A stretch of 23,255 bases of DNA from Azolla caroliniana (lineage: Eukaryota; Plantae; Polypodiophyta). The notes beneath the pieces are model-generated. The model saw only the letters and a program-made list of their open reading frames with translations, was not told the origin of the DNA and made no database searches. Both the position numbers and the translations under genes were made by a program. The stretch is from assembly GCA_043228905.1 (NCBI GenBank), contig JBHGNT010000481.1:1-23255 (forward strand), given 5' to 3'. This document shows positions 9,533 through 20,761 of the stretch, in pieces. Each line of letters starts with the position of its first letter. Positions within the stretch are counted from its first letter, which is position 1.

Positions 9533-9768
9533 TAGTTCGGTTTCGGCTTAACTGGTTTGGCCTAGTACAAACCAAAAAACTTTATGCGAACTGATTAAGC
9601 CTTAACCGGTTTAGCCCAAAACGGCTCAGTTCGGCTTGAGCCATTCCAAACCGAGTTCAAACCAATTAAGGAAGCTCAATCCTAAATCGAGCTGAACCAA
9701 ACTGCCAATCATTTAAAAACAATTTAACGACTCTGTTTAGGCTTGAGTTGAGTTGGTACTAACTCTTA
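9533..9768. mobile_element. Possible DNA-transposon subterminal remnant
   Basis: Clustered TTCGG/CGGTT/AACCG/AACTG/TTGAG motifs. No TIR pair or TSD identified. Confidence 0.3.
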
Positions 9769-10525
9769 GATGATGGCATAATTACAACTTCATAGCATTG
9801 ATGAGGTCAATTGTCAGGAACACAATGATGGTAGCTTTAAAGATACTCACCCGAAAGAGGAGAAAGTCAAATCTCCTATCAAATTGAGTCTTTTAGGAAG
9901 TGCAACTCCTCATTTATAGCAAGGTCTGGTGCAAGAATTGCGAAAGATGTAAGGCCAATATAGTGCATGCAATACTCTTTGAAACGTGTAGTTCCAATTC
10001 GTTAATATGTGCTAGATTATGCAATAGTCATCACATCATAAACATTTAATTACTCGTTCATTACATCACATTGTAACATGAAATGAGAGTTTGTTCAAAT
10101 TTTTACCTTGCTTGAGAATTCTCTCACAATAAGGTGCCAACTACATGTTGTGCTTATTATGGTGCATATCACTCCATCAATTATGTAACACTTTCCAACA
10201 TATGGTGGTATTTAAACCTTGGAGTATATATATTTTGGATCAATGAACTATGGCTCCTTAATGTGAAAACATTTTTGAAACCAAAAGTGGGGTTGTTTAT
10301 GATTTAATTGTTACATTTGTGGCATTTCCTTTCATGGGTTTTCACTTAATTGATGAGTAGTGGCCATCCATTTTCATGCAAACTTGATGATAGCATAACC
10401 TAGGTCTATCTCATCAAATTGGATAGCCTCACAAACTTTATCAAAACAAGCTTCAATAAGGGTAAAGAATAATCCTCATTCTTGATAGTTAACGCTCAAG
10501 GATCATGATAGTTAATATGCATGCG

Positions 10526-11142
10526 CATAGATTGACATATTTGCATTCGTGGGGCCTGCCCCACGAATTCATACAAATAGGAATACAAATGCATGTAAGT
10601 GTATTCGTTTTCTTCTTTTTTTGAATTTTTTATAAAAAATAAAAAATAAAAAATAAAAAATAAAAAACTATTTTTTCCCTATGAGCAAGTGAACGAACAG
10701 TGAGCAGCGAGCGAGGAAGCCTCACCCTACTCCCTCTGCATGTTGCCCTCGCTTCCCTCTGCATCTTGTTCTTGGCCAAGAAATTAGGGTTTTAGTTTCA
10801 ACAATTTTCTTTCTTTTCAGCTCCCTCTCATGCTCTATTCTAATCCTACATCTTGTTCTTTGCTGCAAACTCAGACTTTCATTGAAACCCTAAGTTTAGC
10901 TAAGTTTAGCAAAAGTCCTAATTAATTAATTAATAATTAATTAACTAATATTTTTCAATGAATTAATTAATTTTTTGATGAATTAAGATATGTATTAGTA
11001 AATTAATTTATGTATAGTGGTGAATCAATTAATGTTTAAGTGAATTAATTAATTATTATATTAGTGAGTTAATTAATTATTGATGTACGTGTGTATATAC
11101 ATATATCATATATGTATGTGTGTATATGAATATGTATATATC

Positions 11143-11175
<33 letters not shown>

Positions 11176-11352
11176 TGTATATGTATATATCATATATTTA
11201 TGTGTGTACATGTCATAGTTCTAGCCATACGTCCCATTTGTGCCATACTCAAATGCCAATATTCGTATCATACTCATATGTGAAAAGGGTCTGAGTATGA
11301 TTAAAATCCATATGCGGTACATAGATATAATGATATATACATACGGTGTACA

Positions 11353-11425
<73 letters not shown>

Positions 11426-11934
11426 TGTGTGGTCTAGAGAGAGAAGCCTTGTTTTGCATGTGTGAGGAGACTGTGGTTGAGTATATGTCTAGAGAGAGAG
11501 AGAGAGGAGCTATGGATTTTGTCTGTGTGAGGGAGAGAAGCTCTGTCAGTCCTTGAAAGTTGAGTGTGCGTATCTAGATTCTGTAGAGAGAGAAGATTTG
11601 TTAGTTCTCGTGTGAGAGAGAGGGTGTGTGTGTGTGTGTGTGTGTGTCAGACGTCACTTCTGTTCGCAACGAATTACAAATATCAGAAACCCCCCCCCCC
11701 AAAAAACCAAAAAGGCAAAAAAGGATCCAAAACGAATATCGCGTATGATACGTGAACGTATGCAAACGTTCGCATACGTCCACCAAATTGGACATACGCG
11801 AATATTAGGAACTATGCTACATGTATATGTAAACGAATGGTTTTATAATATTCTTGGGGCCGATTTATATTCTCGAATATCGCGAATATTGCAGATGTCG
11901 AATACCATGTATATTACGCATGGGTCAATCTATG
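10526..11934. mobile_element. Non-autonomous hAT-type DNA transposon, 1409 bp
   Basis: Perfect 11-bp TIRs CATAGATTGAC/GTCAATCTATG, perfect 8-bp TSD TGCATGCG (10518-10525 and 11935-11942), subterminal GAATA/ATACG motifs, no transposase ORF. Confidence 0.9.
11085..11650. repeat. Microsatellite cluster (TA)n, (TATG)n, (GT)n(GA)n inside the hAT element
   Basis: Seen directly in sequence. Confidence 0.9.
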
Positions 11935-12670
11935 TGCATGCGCATGAATTTGAGGCAAACTAGGACATTTATTATTATTTCTTTGAACACTCATTTCATT
12001 GTTTTTTTGTACCTCTACTGATGGGGCCGAAACATAAAGATGACATGGAGCCAACAAATTAGTTTAAGTATGAGATAAATTTGTATGCTCCCTCTCATAC
12101 TTATGAAATACATAGTGACAAAGGACAAGTTATAGAAAAACATGTTGACATTCGATCATCAAAGGTGTGAGACCTAAATTTACAAAATCATAAATGATAT
12201 TAATTCTTCAAAATGAAAACAGAAAGTTACAAAAACATAAATGAAAATACTGACTAAAAAAACATAAGTAGTAGGAGTTATACTTATTGTATAATATAAT
12301 TTTCCTAAATAAAATATACAAGTAGCTTTTGGCGAATATTGCATTACCGAATATATATATATATATATATATCAACAACATTACAAAACAAATGGGTAAG
12401 TTCCAGATTATGCTTCCCTCGATTAGGATAGTTATTCATTTCAAAATCAAAACTTATAGAATTTTCTTGATAAGTTTGATGGAGAGATTCCATTACCATT
12501 TTTTGTCCCTATTGATCAATAATAACAACATATGGATGTTTGGGTTGCTCACGAAGATGCCCCCATTTTTTGTAGTGGTCATTTATGCCCATGTCATAAA
12601 CGCACCCTACCACCATTCCAAGCATTAGTTCCCTTTTGGCAATACCACATTCTTTGGCCTGAGTAAAATC

Positions 12671-13110
12671 GAAATATAAATGGATTTTTTTTGAGATACT
12701 CATGATCGTTTTGTTCTTTCTACAAGATGTTGCTACCTAAGCCTTTGAGATTTCTTGAAATGCCCTAGTCAATCTCCTACCTAAGCTACACGATTTCTTG
12801 AAATATAAATGGAATTTTTTTGAAATACCCATGATCATGATTCTTTCTATGAGATATTGCTACCTAAGCCTTTGAGATTTCTTGAAATGCCCTAGTCAAT
12901 CTCCTACCTAAGTCATTGAAGATTTCTCAAAATATAAATGGAAAAAATCTGAAATACCCATGATCGTTTCATTCTTTCTACAAGATATTCAACCTAAGCC
13001 TTTGAGATTTCTTGAAATGCCCTAGTCAATCTCCCACTAAGTCTTTCATATTTCTTGAAATACCTTGATCAATCTCTAATATATTCCTACCTCAGTCTCT
13101 GAGATTTCTT
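12671..13110. repeat. ~129-bp tandem array, ~3.3 copies, with internal sub-repeats
   Basis: AAATATAAATGGA at ~12672, 12801 and 12930. CCTAAGCCTTTGAGATTTCTTGAAATGCCCTAGTCAATCTCC is present in each unit. Confidence 0.9.
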
Positions 13111-13205
13111 TTTAAAAGGAAGGGGATGAGAGGGCAGAAAAAGGCATGTTTAGTAAACAGTGAATAAGATGCAAGGGCCTTCAAGGGAAATAAAGAGAAG
13201 ACAAG

Positions 13206-13278
13206 TGTAAAGAAATGGAAGTGGTGTAGATGATCTTGTGCAACAAAAGAGAACTATGTGTATGTGTGTGTAAGACAA

Positions 13279-13334
<56 letters not shown>

Positions 13335-13710
13335 CAAGGAGCTTGTATTATCAATGAATCAATTACAACCAAAATACATCCAACAACATCTAAGTTACAA
13401 AAGAGGTTGGTATAAATGCCAACTAACCTAGGGCAACTACCCTTTTTACTATTTACAAAACTAGCCTAGTGTGTCCACTGTTAGTGTGAAAGCCATTACA
13501 TTTCGACTAAACAATTGGTATGATTTCCGATTATTTTGTGCTCCTTGTCTCATCGGTCGATTGGTCGGTTCGGTTGCTACTTTGATTGTTCCTTAGGTTG
13601 GTTGCTATCTGGTTGTTGCATTGTACCTGTCAACTTTGTCTGTTGTGTTACTGCACTCCCCCTCAAGCACGGGAATGGAGATATTGTTAGACCAATGTTT
13701 ATCCTGGACT
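13206..13710 (-). mobile_element. 3' end (pol tail, PPT, LTR) of a second, related Copia element
   Basis: Minus strand reads NIGLTISPFPCLRGS (cf. NLGLSTTEHPSLRGS near 8814-8858) with GCTTGAGGGGGAGT. It ends CACATACACA...TTTCTTTACA at 13206 like the first Copia LTR and contains (GA)n at 13285-13329. Confidence 0.75.
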
Positions 13711-13731
13711 AAGACTTAGTCGCAAACACAA

Positions 13732-14667
13732 TGTATTCCCTTCCTGAATACTATCTAAAGGTCTAGTTGGAGGGATGAAATTACGTACACAAAGACTATG
13801 GATTATCTAATTACGTTCTCCGGAACCAATACACAATATCTGGTACACAATTTGGATATGAGTGGACACGCGTATGATTAAAGCATAAAGGTGCATAAAG
13901 CAAGTACACAAGATAGAACGATCAAGACTTCTATTACTCGCTCTTAATCCATACAATCCGGACCTCTTATATGTTGAGAAGCAAGCTCAACAAAGGTATG
14001 TGATGCTTATTGAGAAATAAGCTATAGTAGCTATTAGCTAATTAGCTACTAGTGGACATAAAGGTGAAACAACTATTTAGCTACTGACAGCTATTTAGCT
14101 ACAGAAAGCTAATTAGTTGCATATATAAGTCACTTATAACTTAGGTAAAAAGTAGTAGAAAAGTAGAAGAGTAAAGAGAGTAAGAGTGAGAGTAGAGAAG
14201 AGAAGAAGAATAGAAAATAGAAAACGGATGAGAGCAAGTTGAGCTCTGCGTGTAATGAAGTAGAAGCTTTTGGACTGTGCAAAGGTAAGCCTCCTTCCCT
14301 TTCCCCTTTCTGTCTTGAGCACTAAACGATCCAACACATCATGATCTGTTGTGCACATAGAAGAGCCGTAGCGCCTTCGTAACATTATATAGGCATCCGG
14401 TTCTGATACAAAAAGGCAATTATCCGGATCGGTACATCTTCTCGTATCTGGCACCTCATAAAATCCTTTCTTAATCTATTTAATTACAATGTTTCATTCA
14501 TTACTAATTACTTCTTATCTATAATGTTATCTGGTTTCTATGTGATCCGCTTCACATTTCGTCCGAACTCCGGCTCTCCGTCCTTTCACTCCTCTGACTC
14601 CTTCGACAGCTTTATTGGACAACACCTGGCACGCCTGTGGGATAGTGCCTTGCACGTCGAACCCACA
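13732..14667 (-). mobile_element. Probable Gypsy-type LTR (right boundary uncertain: 14487, 14556 or 14667)
   Basis: Minus strand ends ...GGGAATACA at 13732. AACCGGATGCCTATATAAT resembles AACCGAATACCTATAAAAG of the 15564 LTR. TAGCTA repeats at 14020-14115. No partner LTR in the window. Confidence 0.45.
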
Positions 14668-14670
14668 CCC

Positions 14671-15563
14671 TCAGTTCTCCTCCAAAATGTCCAATACACT
14701 CTGATGATTGTCCGTCGTTTTGTCTAGTGGCGTACTCTGTTGTGGTGTCAATTCCTCCTCTTCTGTTTGCGGTTGTGGCTATGCTTGAATGTCCGGCTGC
14801 TCCACCCGTTGTTGTTCATCTCTTGCGGTTTTTGGTGCGTCCTCCTCATTCAGCCTTTGTTGCATCGGCTCTTACTCCCTTGGCTACTCAAGTTGTTCTT
14901 CATCAGTTAGTTCAACCTGATCGGCTTGATTCTCCCCGATCTGCTGCTTCCTCTACTGCACTTTTTCCCGTTCATATGCCTCCAAGTCCAGTGTTAGTTG
15001 TAGTTGGTTATCTTCAAATGCTTCCAAAATCTTCCAAATTTCATCCGTTTGTACTTGGGCCACTACTTGAAAATTGTCGGATAATTCTTCTTGAATTGTG
15101 ATGATGCTTTCTTCATCCATCTTGTAGAAATTATCCCTAGATTTTGCCCTATTATTTGCATCCACCCGGAGCACCTGTAACTCTGCCGCCTACGCCGACC
15201 ATTCCTTCCATATCGCAGTTTAGCATTCTTCAAGTTGCTCCATCATCTACTTCTGCTGGTTATCCACAATTATCCGGATCCTCTGTATGCCCATCTCTAT
15301 CTTTTCTTCCTAGGCCTGTTTTTCCTGTTTCAGCCTCTTGATTTGCTGGATTGCCACTTTTAATTGAATCTTGTATACTGTTAGCTGAGTTTGATATGTT
15401 GTTTGGACTTTTGTCAACACTTCTTGAGAACATGCAATCAACTAGTCCCGATCCTCCAGTAGCTTCGTCTTTTATGTTGCAGCTTCTTCTCTCATCTTTT
15501 CCTTTGTGTTGGTCAGTTAGGCCAAAGTATGAAAGGGGGAGTCGGTTTTGGGATAAAGGGAGT
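14671..15563 (-). pseudogene. Decayed E/Q/K-rich coiled-coil ORF of unknown function, probably an extra retrotransposon ORF
   Basis: One frame (that of ORF 14953-15174) stays E/Q/K-rich for ~295 codons with 11 TAA/TAG stops and no TGA until 14671-14673. Confidence 0.55.
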
Positions 15564-15912
15564 TGTAATTAGAATTAATTATTATAATTATAAGATCGGA
15601 CGGACGAACCCAGAATCAGTATGCCGATCCGGATCTGGACCGGTTCGTAGCCAGTTGCCGGTTGGCACAGGTTTGTAACACAACCGAATACCTATAAAAG
15701 GATCTGGATATGATGTAACCGATGATGGATAATTAATAGAGAAGTGTTGTTATTTTCATATCTTGTTTATCTTGTTATTTCCGTTCTGTGCTTAATGATG
15801 TTGATTCTACGCGTGTAACTAATTGATTCGGATAACAATCGAAGAGGGTCGGTTCTGTGTTACGGTCTTCCCATTCCTTACCGTACCACCCCTTTGGTGA
15901 AGTGTTCCGGAA
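15564..15912 (+). repeat. 5' LTR, 3'-truncated
   Basis: Starts TGTAAT where the minus-strand ORF is cut, TATAAAAG at 15693, homologous to 7963-8233. The terminal ~41 bp and PBS are missing. Confidence 0.7.
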
Positions 15913-15914
15913 CC

Positions 15915-18900
15915 ATGATTCCTGCGGAAAGCAGCGAACAATGGGGGGATGGATGACTAGCCAACGAATGACCCAGTTGCCGAACGAGCAAAAAGACTAA
16001 CCGAGAGATTGCGGAAGCGGGAGGCTTACCTACAGGTGGCTGAGGAGATCTGGTCGGATCGGTCTTTTTCCAGATTGATTCGGCGGGTCATGGAGGAGTC
16101 ACTTCGATTGCAATAGAACCACCACCCGGATGAAGGAAGTAGTCTGAGCAGTCTGCAGGAAGTGGAGTCATCGAATCGGATTCAGACGGTGAACATAGTG
16201 TCCAATCAAATTATCGCAGTAGCCACGATACCACAGACAGCCCAGAAGACGAGTCGGACCACATACCGACACTGGAGCCAGAGACAACAAAACCAGAATC
16301 TCCAGACAAGACAAGCGTAGACCACCAAGAGGAGGAGCGAGTTCCGACACCACCACCCGAGTCACCAACGGAACAGGAGGAGCGAGTTCCGACACCATCA
16401 CTCGAGTCACCAAAGGAATAGGAGGAGCGAGTTCCGACACCACCACCTGAATCATCGAAGAAACAGGAGGAGCAAGTTCCGACACTGCCCTCGATAGCAC
16501 AAGAAGACGACGACACAATGTCGTACCAATATCCGAAGTATATCGGGATAACCCGGATGCGGAAGCCCACGTATACGCGTTTCTCCAAACATGGGAGGCG
16601 AACCATGTCTCCCAATGACTGAACAAAGCAGAGGCCGAGCGGTCAAAGATAGCGGAATTTAGCATGACCTTGGAGGAACTGGTGACACGATGGCACTCTA
16701 AGCACCTCCCTGGCAGTATTGACAAATTTGAAGAGTTAAAGAAAAGGTTTCTACGATTCTTCCACAGGTAGGTGGATCAAAGGGAAATTGTCGGACAATT
16801 CTGTACGACACGACAAGACCCAATAGAAACCATTCTGTAGTTCGTCATACAGTTCCAGGAAATGCATAGTCAACTCACCAGAGCACCGCCGAAAGAAGAA
16901 GCAAAGTGGTATTTTTGGTGGCGCTTCGGGAACCCCTCCGAACAGTGTGTGCAGTCATAGATTTTCGGACCAACACAATAGACCAGGTCATTGACCAAGT
17001 CATGGAAATGGACAAGAATAGTTCTTGGCTAACGATGGGGGCACTCCAACGAAGACTCCCTACCGGAGAGGACCTACGGTTTCACCAGGCAGTCCAATGC
17101 ATGATGTGCCTTAATCCCGAGCACTCAACGATAGAGTGCACGATGAGATCGCAGTGCATGCTATGCCATTCCTGATCACACACAATGGACCACTGTGAAT
17201 ACAACCTGCTAAATTGGCAAACTGCACCAGTTCGGCACATCGAAACCCGGAACAACCGAGAAGCCGAAGAAGAACGATTTCGGCGAGATGATTGCTACAA
17301 ACTGATACAAGACGTTCAATACAACAATAGACGAGACGATTATGACCGGGACCGGAATGATCAAAGCCGAGACTATAACAACGATCGTTATGATCGAGAT
17401 TACTCTCCCAACTACAATCGGAGGAGAGAGGATCAATGGGGAGACTATGATGATCGGCGCCGGCAAGGATATTGGAACAACTGACGCTATAATAAAAAAC
17501 AGAACACTCGAAAAGAGGAGTGTCGGGAACCGGCGAAGGATTACCAACGGGAGCCGGATAGAAGCATAACTAGCGCTTAATTGGAACAACGAATAATAGA
17601 GGAGCCCAACCAGGCAATATCCGGTTTTCAGCCGGGTAACGTGCCAAAAGTAGAGTCCAGCAATACACGGAAGGTGTATTGCTACTATTGCCGGCAGGAT
17701 GGCGCTACAACAATCAGTGTCCAGTGAAGACTAACGAAAAATGGTCGGCAGTCAACATGGTGGTTGCGGAGGTGGCCGACATCCAACAAGTCACTACCAG
17801 GTCGAAAGGGAAGATGGCCGAATGGGAGGCTCAGGAACCTATCCAAAAACAAGCCATAGAATGGATCGAAAAAGCGAACAAACGAAATGTCACCGATCTA
17901 CAGGAGCAAAGGAAAACATTGGAGGAACCCACAAAGACGATGTAGTAGGAGAACCCCACGTGACAAGCACTACGAGAATGCTAGATCATGCTACCACTGG
18001 GTCGGTTGCTGCAATTAGGGCCTTGATTAACCGATGGTTTAAACAACATTGGCCCCACCAAGCCCCCCACTGGCTTCGACGTTCTTCTCAAATCCGGAAG
18101 AGGGACCGACAATGGTTGACACGAGCAGTCCAACAATCACCGCCATCATCAAAGGACGAGAAGTACCGGGGACAATTATCGATGGTGGATCGGGAGTAAA
18201 TGTAATAAGCCTATGAACATGCGACACTCTAGGAATCCAAGAATGGGAACCATGCCCATTCTGGCTCCGGATGGCGGACACCAGTTCGTTACGACCGGTC
18301 GGATTGATCCGGGACTTGGAAGTGACAATCAGAGGCCATGCCTTCCGGATTTCTGCGGTGGTCCTCCAGTTGAATGCGCAAGGAGCATATCCTTTGTTGT
18401 TGGGACGATCATGGTTACGGACTGCTCATATTAAACAAAACTGGCAGAAGAACAATATTACGTTCCGAAGAGGGAAAACTAAGGTGAGAGTACCAACACA
18501 ACCCCATGCAGGCCCAAGCAAGGAAGTAACACCGTTGTATGCCGAAAGCGTGAACATGCTATGTTGGAAGGGCTTGCCGATGAAGAAATAGATCAATACC
18601 TCGAGGACAAACTAAAGATAGTCCCTCTGTTTGAAGTAGACGTTGTCGAAGCGGTCTCCCCATATATCGTGCACCCGGATGATGCCGGTGTGGAGCCGGA
18701 TCGGGACGCAATTCGGGAACTGCGCCAAGCACAAGAAGCCCAAGAGCGGGAGATGGCGGTATCACAATGGGTGAAAGCATCACAGTTGGAAGAAGTGAAT
18801 TTAGGAATTGGGGAAGAAACAAGACTGGTACATGTGGCCAAAGAAATGCCACCGGAGGAGAAATTGGCAATGGTAACATTATTGAAAGAATTTCGGGATG

Positions 18901-18987
18901 TATTTGTTTGGTCATATGAGGACATGCGGGGACTGGATCCACAATTGTATCAGCACCAAATCCATTTGAGCAAGTATGCAAAACCGG
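15915..18987 (+). pseudogene. gag: Gypsy gag-protease-linker pseudogene
   Basis: DAEAHVYAFLQTWEANH..., CMMCLNPEHSTIEC, CMLCHS*SHTMDHC, RD-rich tract, CYYCRQDG..NNQC, protease IIDGGSGVNVI (~18175), LLLGRSWL, LLKEFRDVFVWSYEDMRGLDP. Confidence 0.88.
16331..16490 (+). repeat. 45-bp coding tandem repeat (EERVPTPPPESPTEQ-like), ~3.5 copies
   Basis: GGAGGAGCrAGTTCCGACAC at 16331, 16376, 16421 and 16466. Confidence 0.9.
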
Positions 18988-20218
18988 TGTCGCGAAAATA
19001 TGACGAGGATAAGTGAGCTTGAGGCAGGACCCCGGGGCCACCGACCAAAGAATATCAAATAGATTAAGAATTAACCGAAATAAGAAAGATTGACAATTTT
19101 CATTAACAATTAGAAAGAAAGATTACAATCAATCCCAAAATTGGGATTACAAAAGTTTAGCTTATGGAGATTACTAGAATAATAGATTAGAAGAAACTAA
19201 ATATGGATTCAATAGAAATTTAGGGTTTTTGGCTTTGATAAGAGATTACGGTTTATGAGTTCAATAGCTTCCATATAGAAAATTAGGGTTTTTGGTTTCC
19301 GTAAGGAAATTAGGGTTTATGAGAGATATGGCTTCGATAAGATAAGAGAGCTAAGAAGGAAAAGAAAAGAAAATTTGGAGAGAGGATGAGTGTAAAAAAA
19401 AATGGAATATATATGGAGTTCTCCGTTGATCATAGCCTTCCATGTTACTTTGCATGTCCACTTTTAGTTGCATGGCCTCTACTTTTAGTTGCATCCATTT
19501 TTAGTTGCATGCGACTATCCACATGACCTTTACTTTAGTTTTCTTAACTTTAATTAGCCAACGATCCTATCATCTGTTCGTCTTGATCGCCGCCCATCCA
19601 ATCCGTCCAGTCCGCGTCCAGCCTCGTTTGGTCGCCGGTTCTCGGATCCGCTTGGTTTTTAACACCATCCGATTGTCGATTTCGCTGGTTCCGATTTGCA
19701 TACCGGTCGGTTCCTATTTGCTTACCGACCGGTTCGGGTTTGCTTCCTGACCGGTTCAGGTTTGCTTACCGGTTGGTTCTGGATTGCTTTCCGGCCGGTT
19801 CCGGTTTGCTTTCCAACCGATTCCTGATTGCTTTCCGACCGGTTCTGGTTCCGGTTCCGGTTTTAGAACCAGCCAATTCCATTTTATTGCGAGTCGGTTT
19901 TTGGGAACTTGGCCACATTTATCCTTCTAGACAAAGTGACCAAAGTGCTCTTAGCACAAATGAAAAATGATGGATCTTAATGTGCTTATATAGCCAGGGC
20001 CTTAAGTTTCCTATCTATGTGGGATAAATCATAGTTCTATTTTCCCTATCTTCTCAAACTCCATGTTCTCATAACTTCCATTTTGTATATAGTGAAATGC
20101 GTTTTAAAGCTCTTGAGTACATCCATCTTTCTATAACAAGCTACTAATCTAATCTAAAATAATTATTTCATTATTTTTCTACATAGTTTTCATATCGTGT
20201 GTGAAAAACCACACGACA
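18988..20218 (-). mobile_element. 1231-bp solo LTR inserted in Gypsy pol
   Basis: TGTCG...CGACA termini flanked by CCGG on both sides. Removal restores AAA CCG GTA GCA CAG AGA CGT TAT CGA ATG (KPVAQRRYRM). Orientation inferred from a minus-strand TATA, pyrimidine tract and AAACCCTA boxes. Confidence 0.85.
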
Positions 20219-20761
20219 CCGGTAGCACAGAGACGTTATCGAATGAATCCGAATTATGCGGCTAAAGTGAAGGAGGAGATCGATAAGTTGTTGCGGGTCA
20301 GTTTCATCTAGCCAGTGAAGAAGGCCACCTGGTTAAGCCCGATTGTGGTTGTACTTAAGAAAAACGGAAAAATCTAGGTCTGTGTAGATTACCGGAAATT
20401 AAACGCTACCATTGTCACTGATGGATTTAAAGCGTTTTAAAGCTCTTGAGTACATCCATCTTTCTATAACAAGCTACTAATCTAATCTAAAATAATTATT
20501 TCATTATTTTTCTACATAGTTTTCATATCATGTGTGAAAAACCACACGACACCGGTAGCACAAAGACGTTACCGGATGAATCCGAATTATGCGGCTAAAG
20601 TGAAGGAGGAGATCAATAAGTTGTTGTGGGTCAGTTTCATCCGGCCGGTGAAGAAGGCCACCTGGTTAAGCCCGATTGTGGTTGTACTTAAGAAAAACGG
20701 AAAAATCTAGGTCTGTGTAGATTACCGGAAATTAAACGCTACCATTGTCACCGATGGATTT
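20096..20761 (+). repeat. 333-bp tandem duplication spanning the solo-LTR end and RT start
   Basis: 20096-20428 vs 20429-20761, about 11 mismatches. Confidence 0.95.

Noticed and set aside
11080-13415. ORFs rich in CV/ER/YI repeats
   Set aside because: Translations of microsatellites and AT-rich DNA
14524-15572. Hydrophobic plus-strand ORFs that look like membrane or env proteins
   Set aside because: Best explained as the antisense shadow of the purine-rich coiled-coil frame; non-ATG starts and no motifs
15861-15900. TACGGT/ACCGTA hairpin and TGGTGAAG as a self-priming site or PBS
   Set aside because: The homologous copy at 7922-8233 indicates this lies inside the LTR, upstream of its CA terminus
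19215-19320. TTAGGGTTT motifs as an interstitial telomere
   Set aside because: Three isolated copies rather than a tandem array; typical telo-box-like motifs within an LTR
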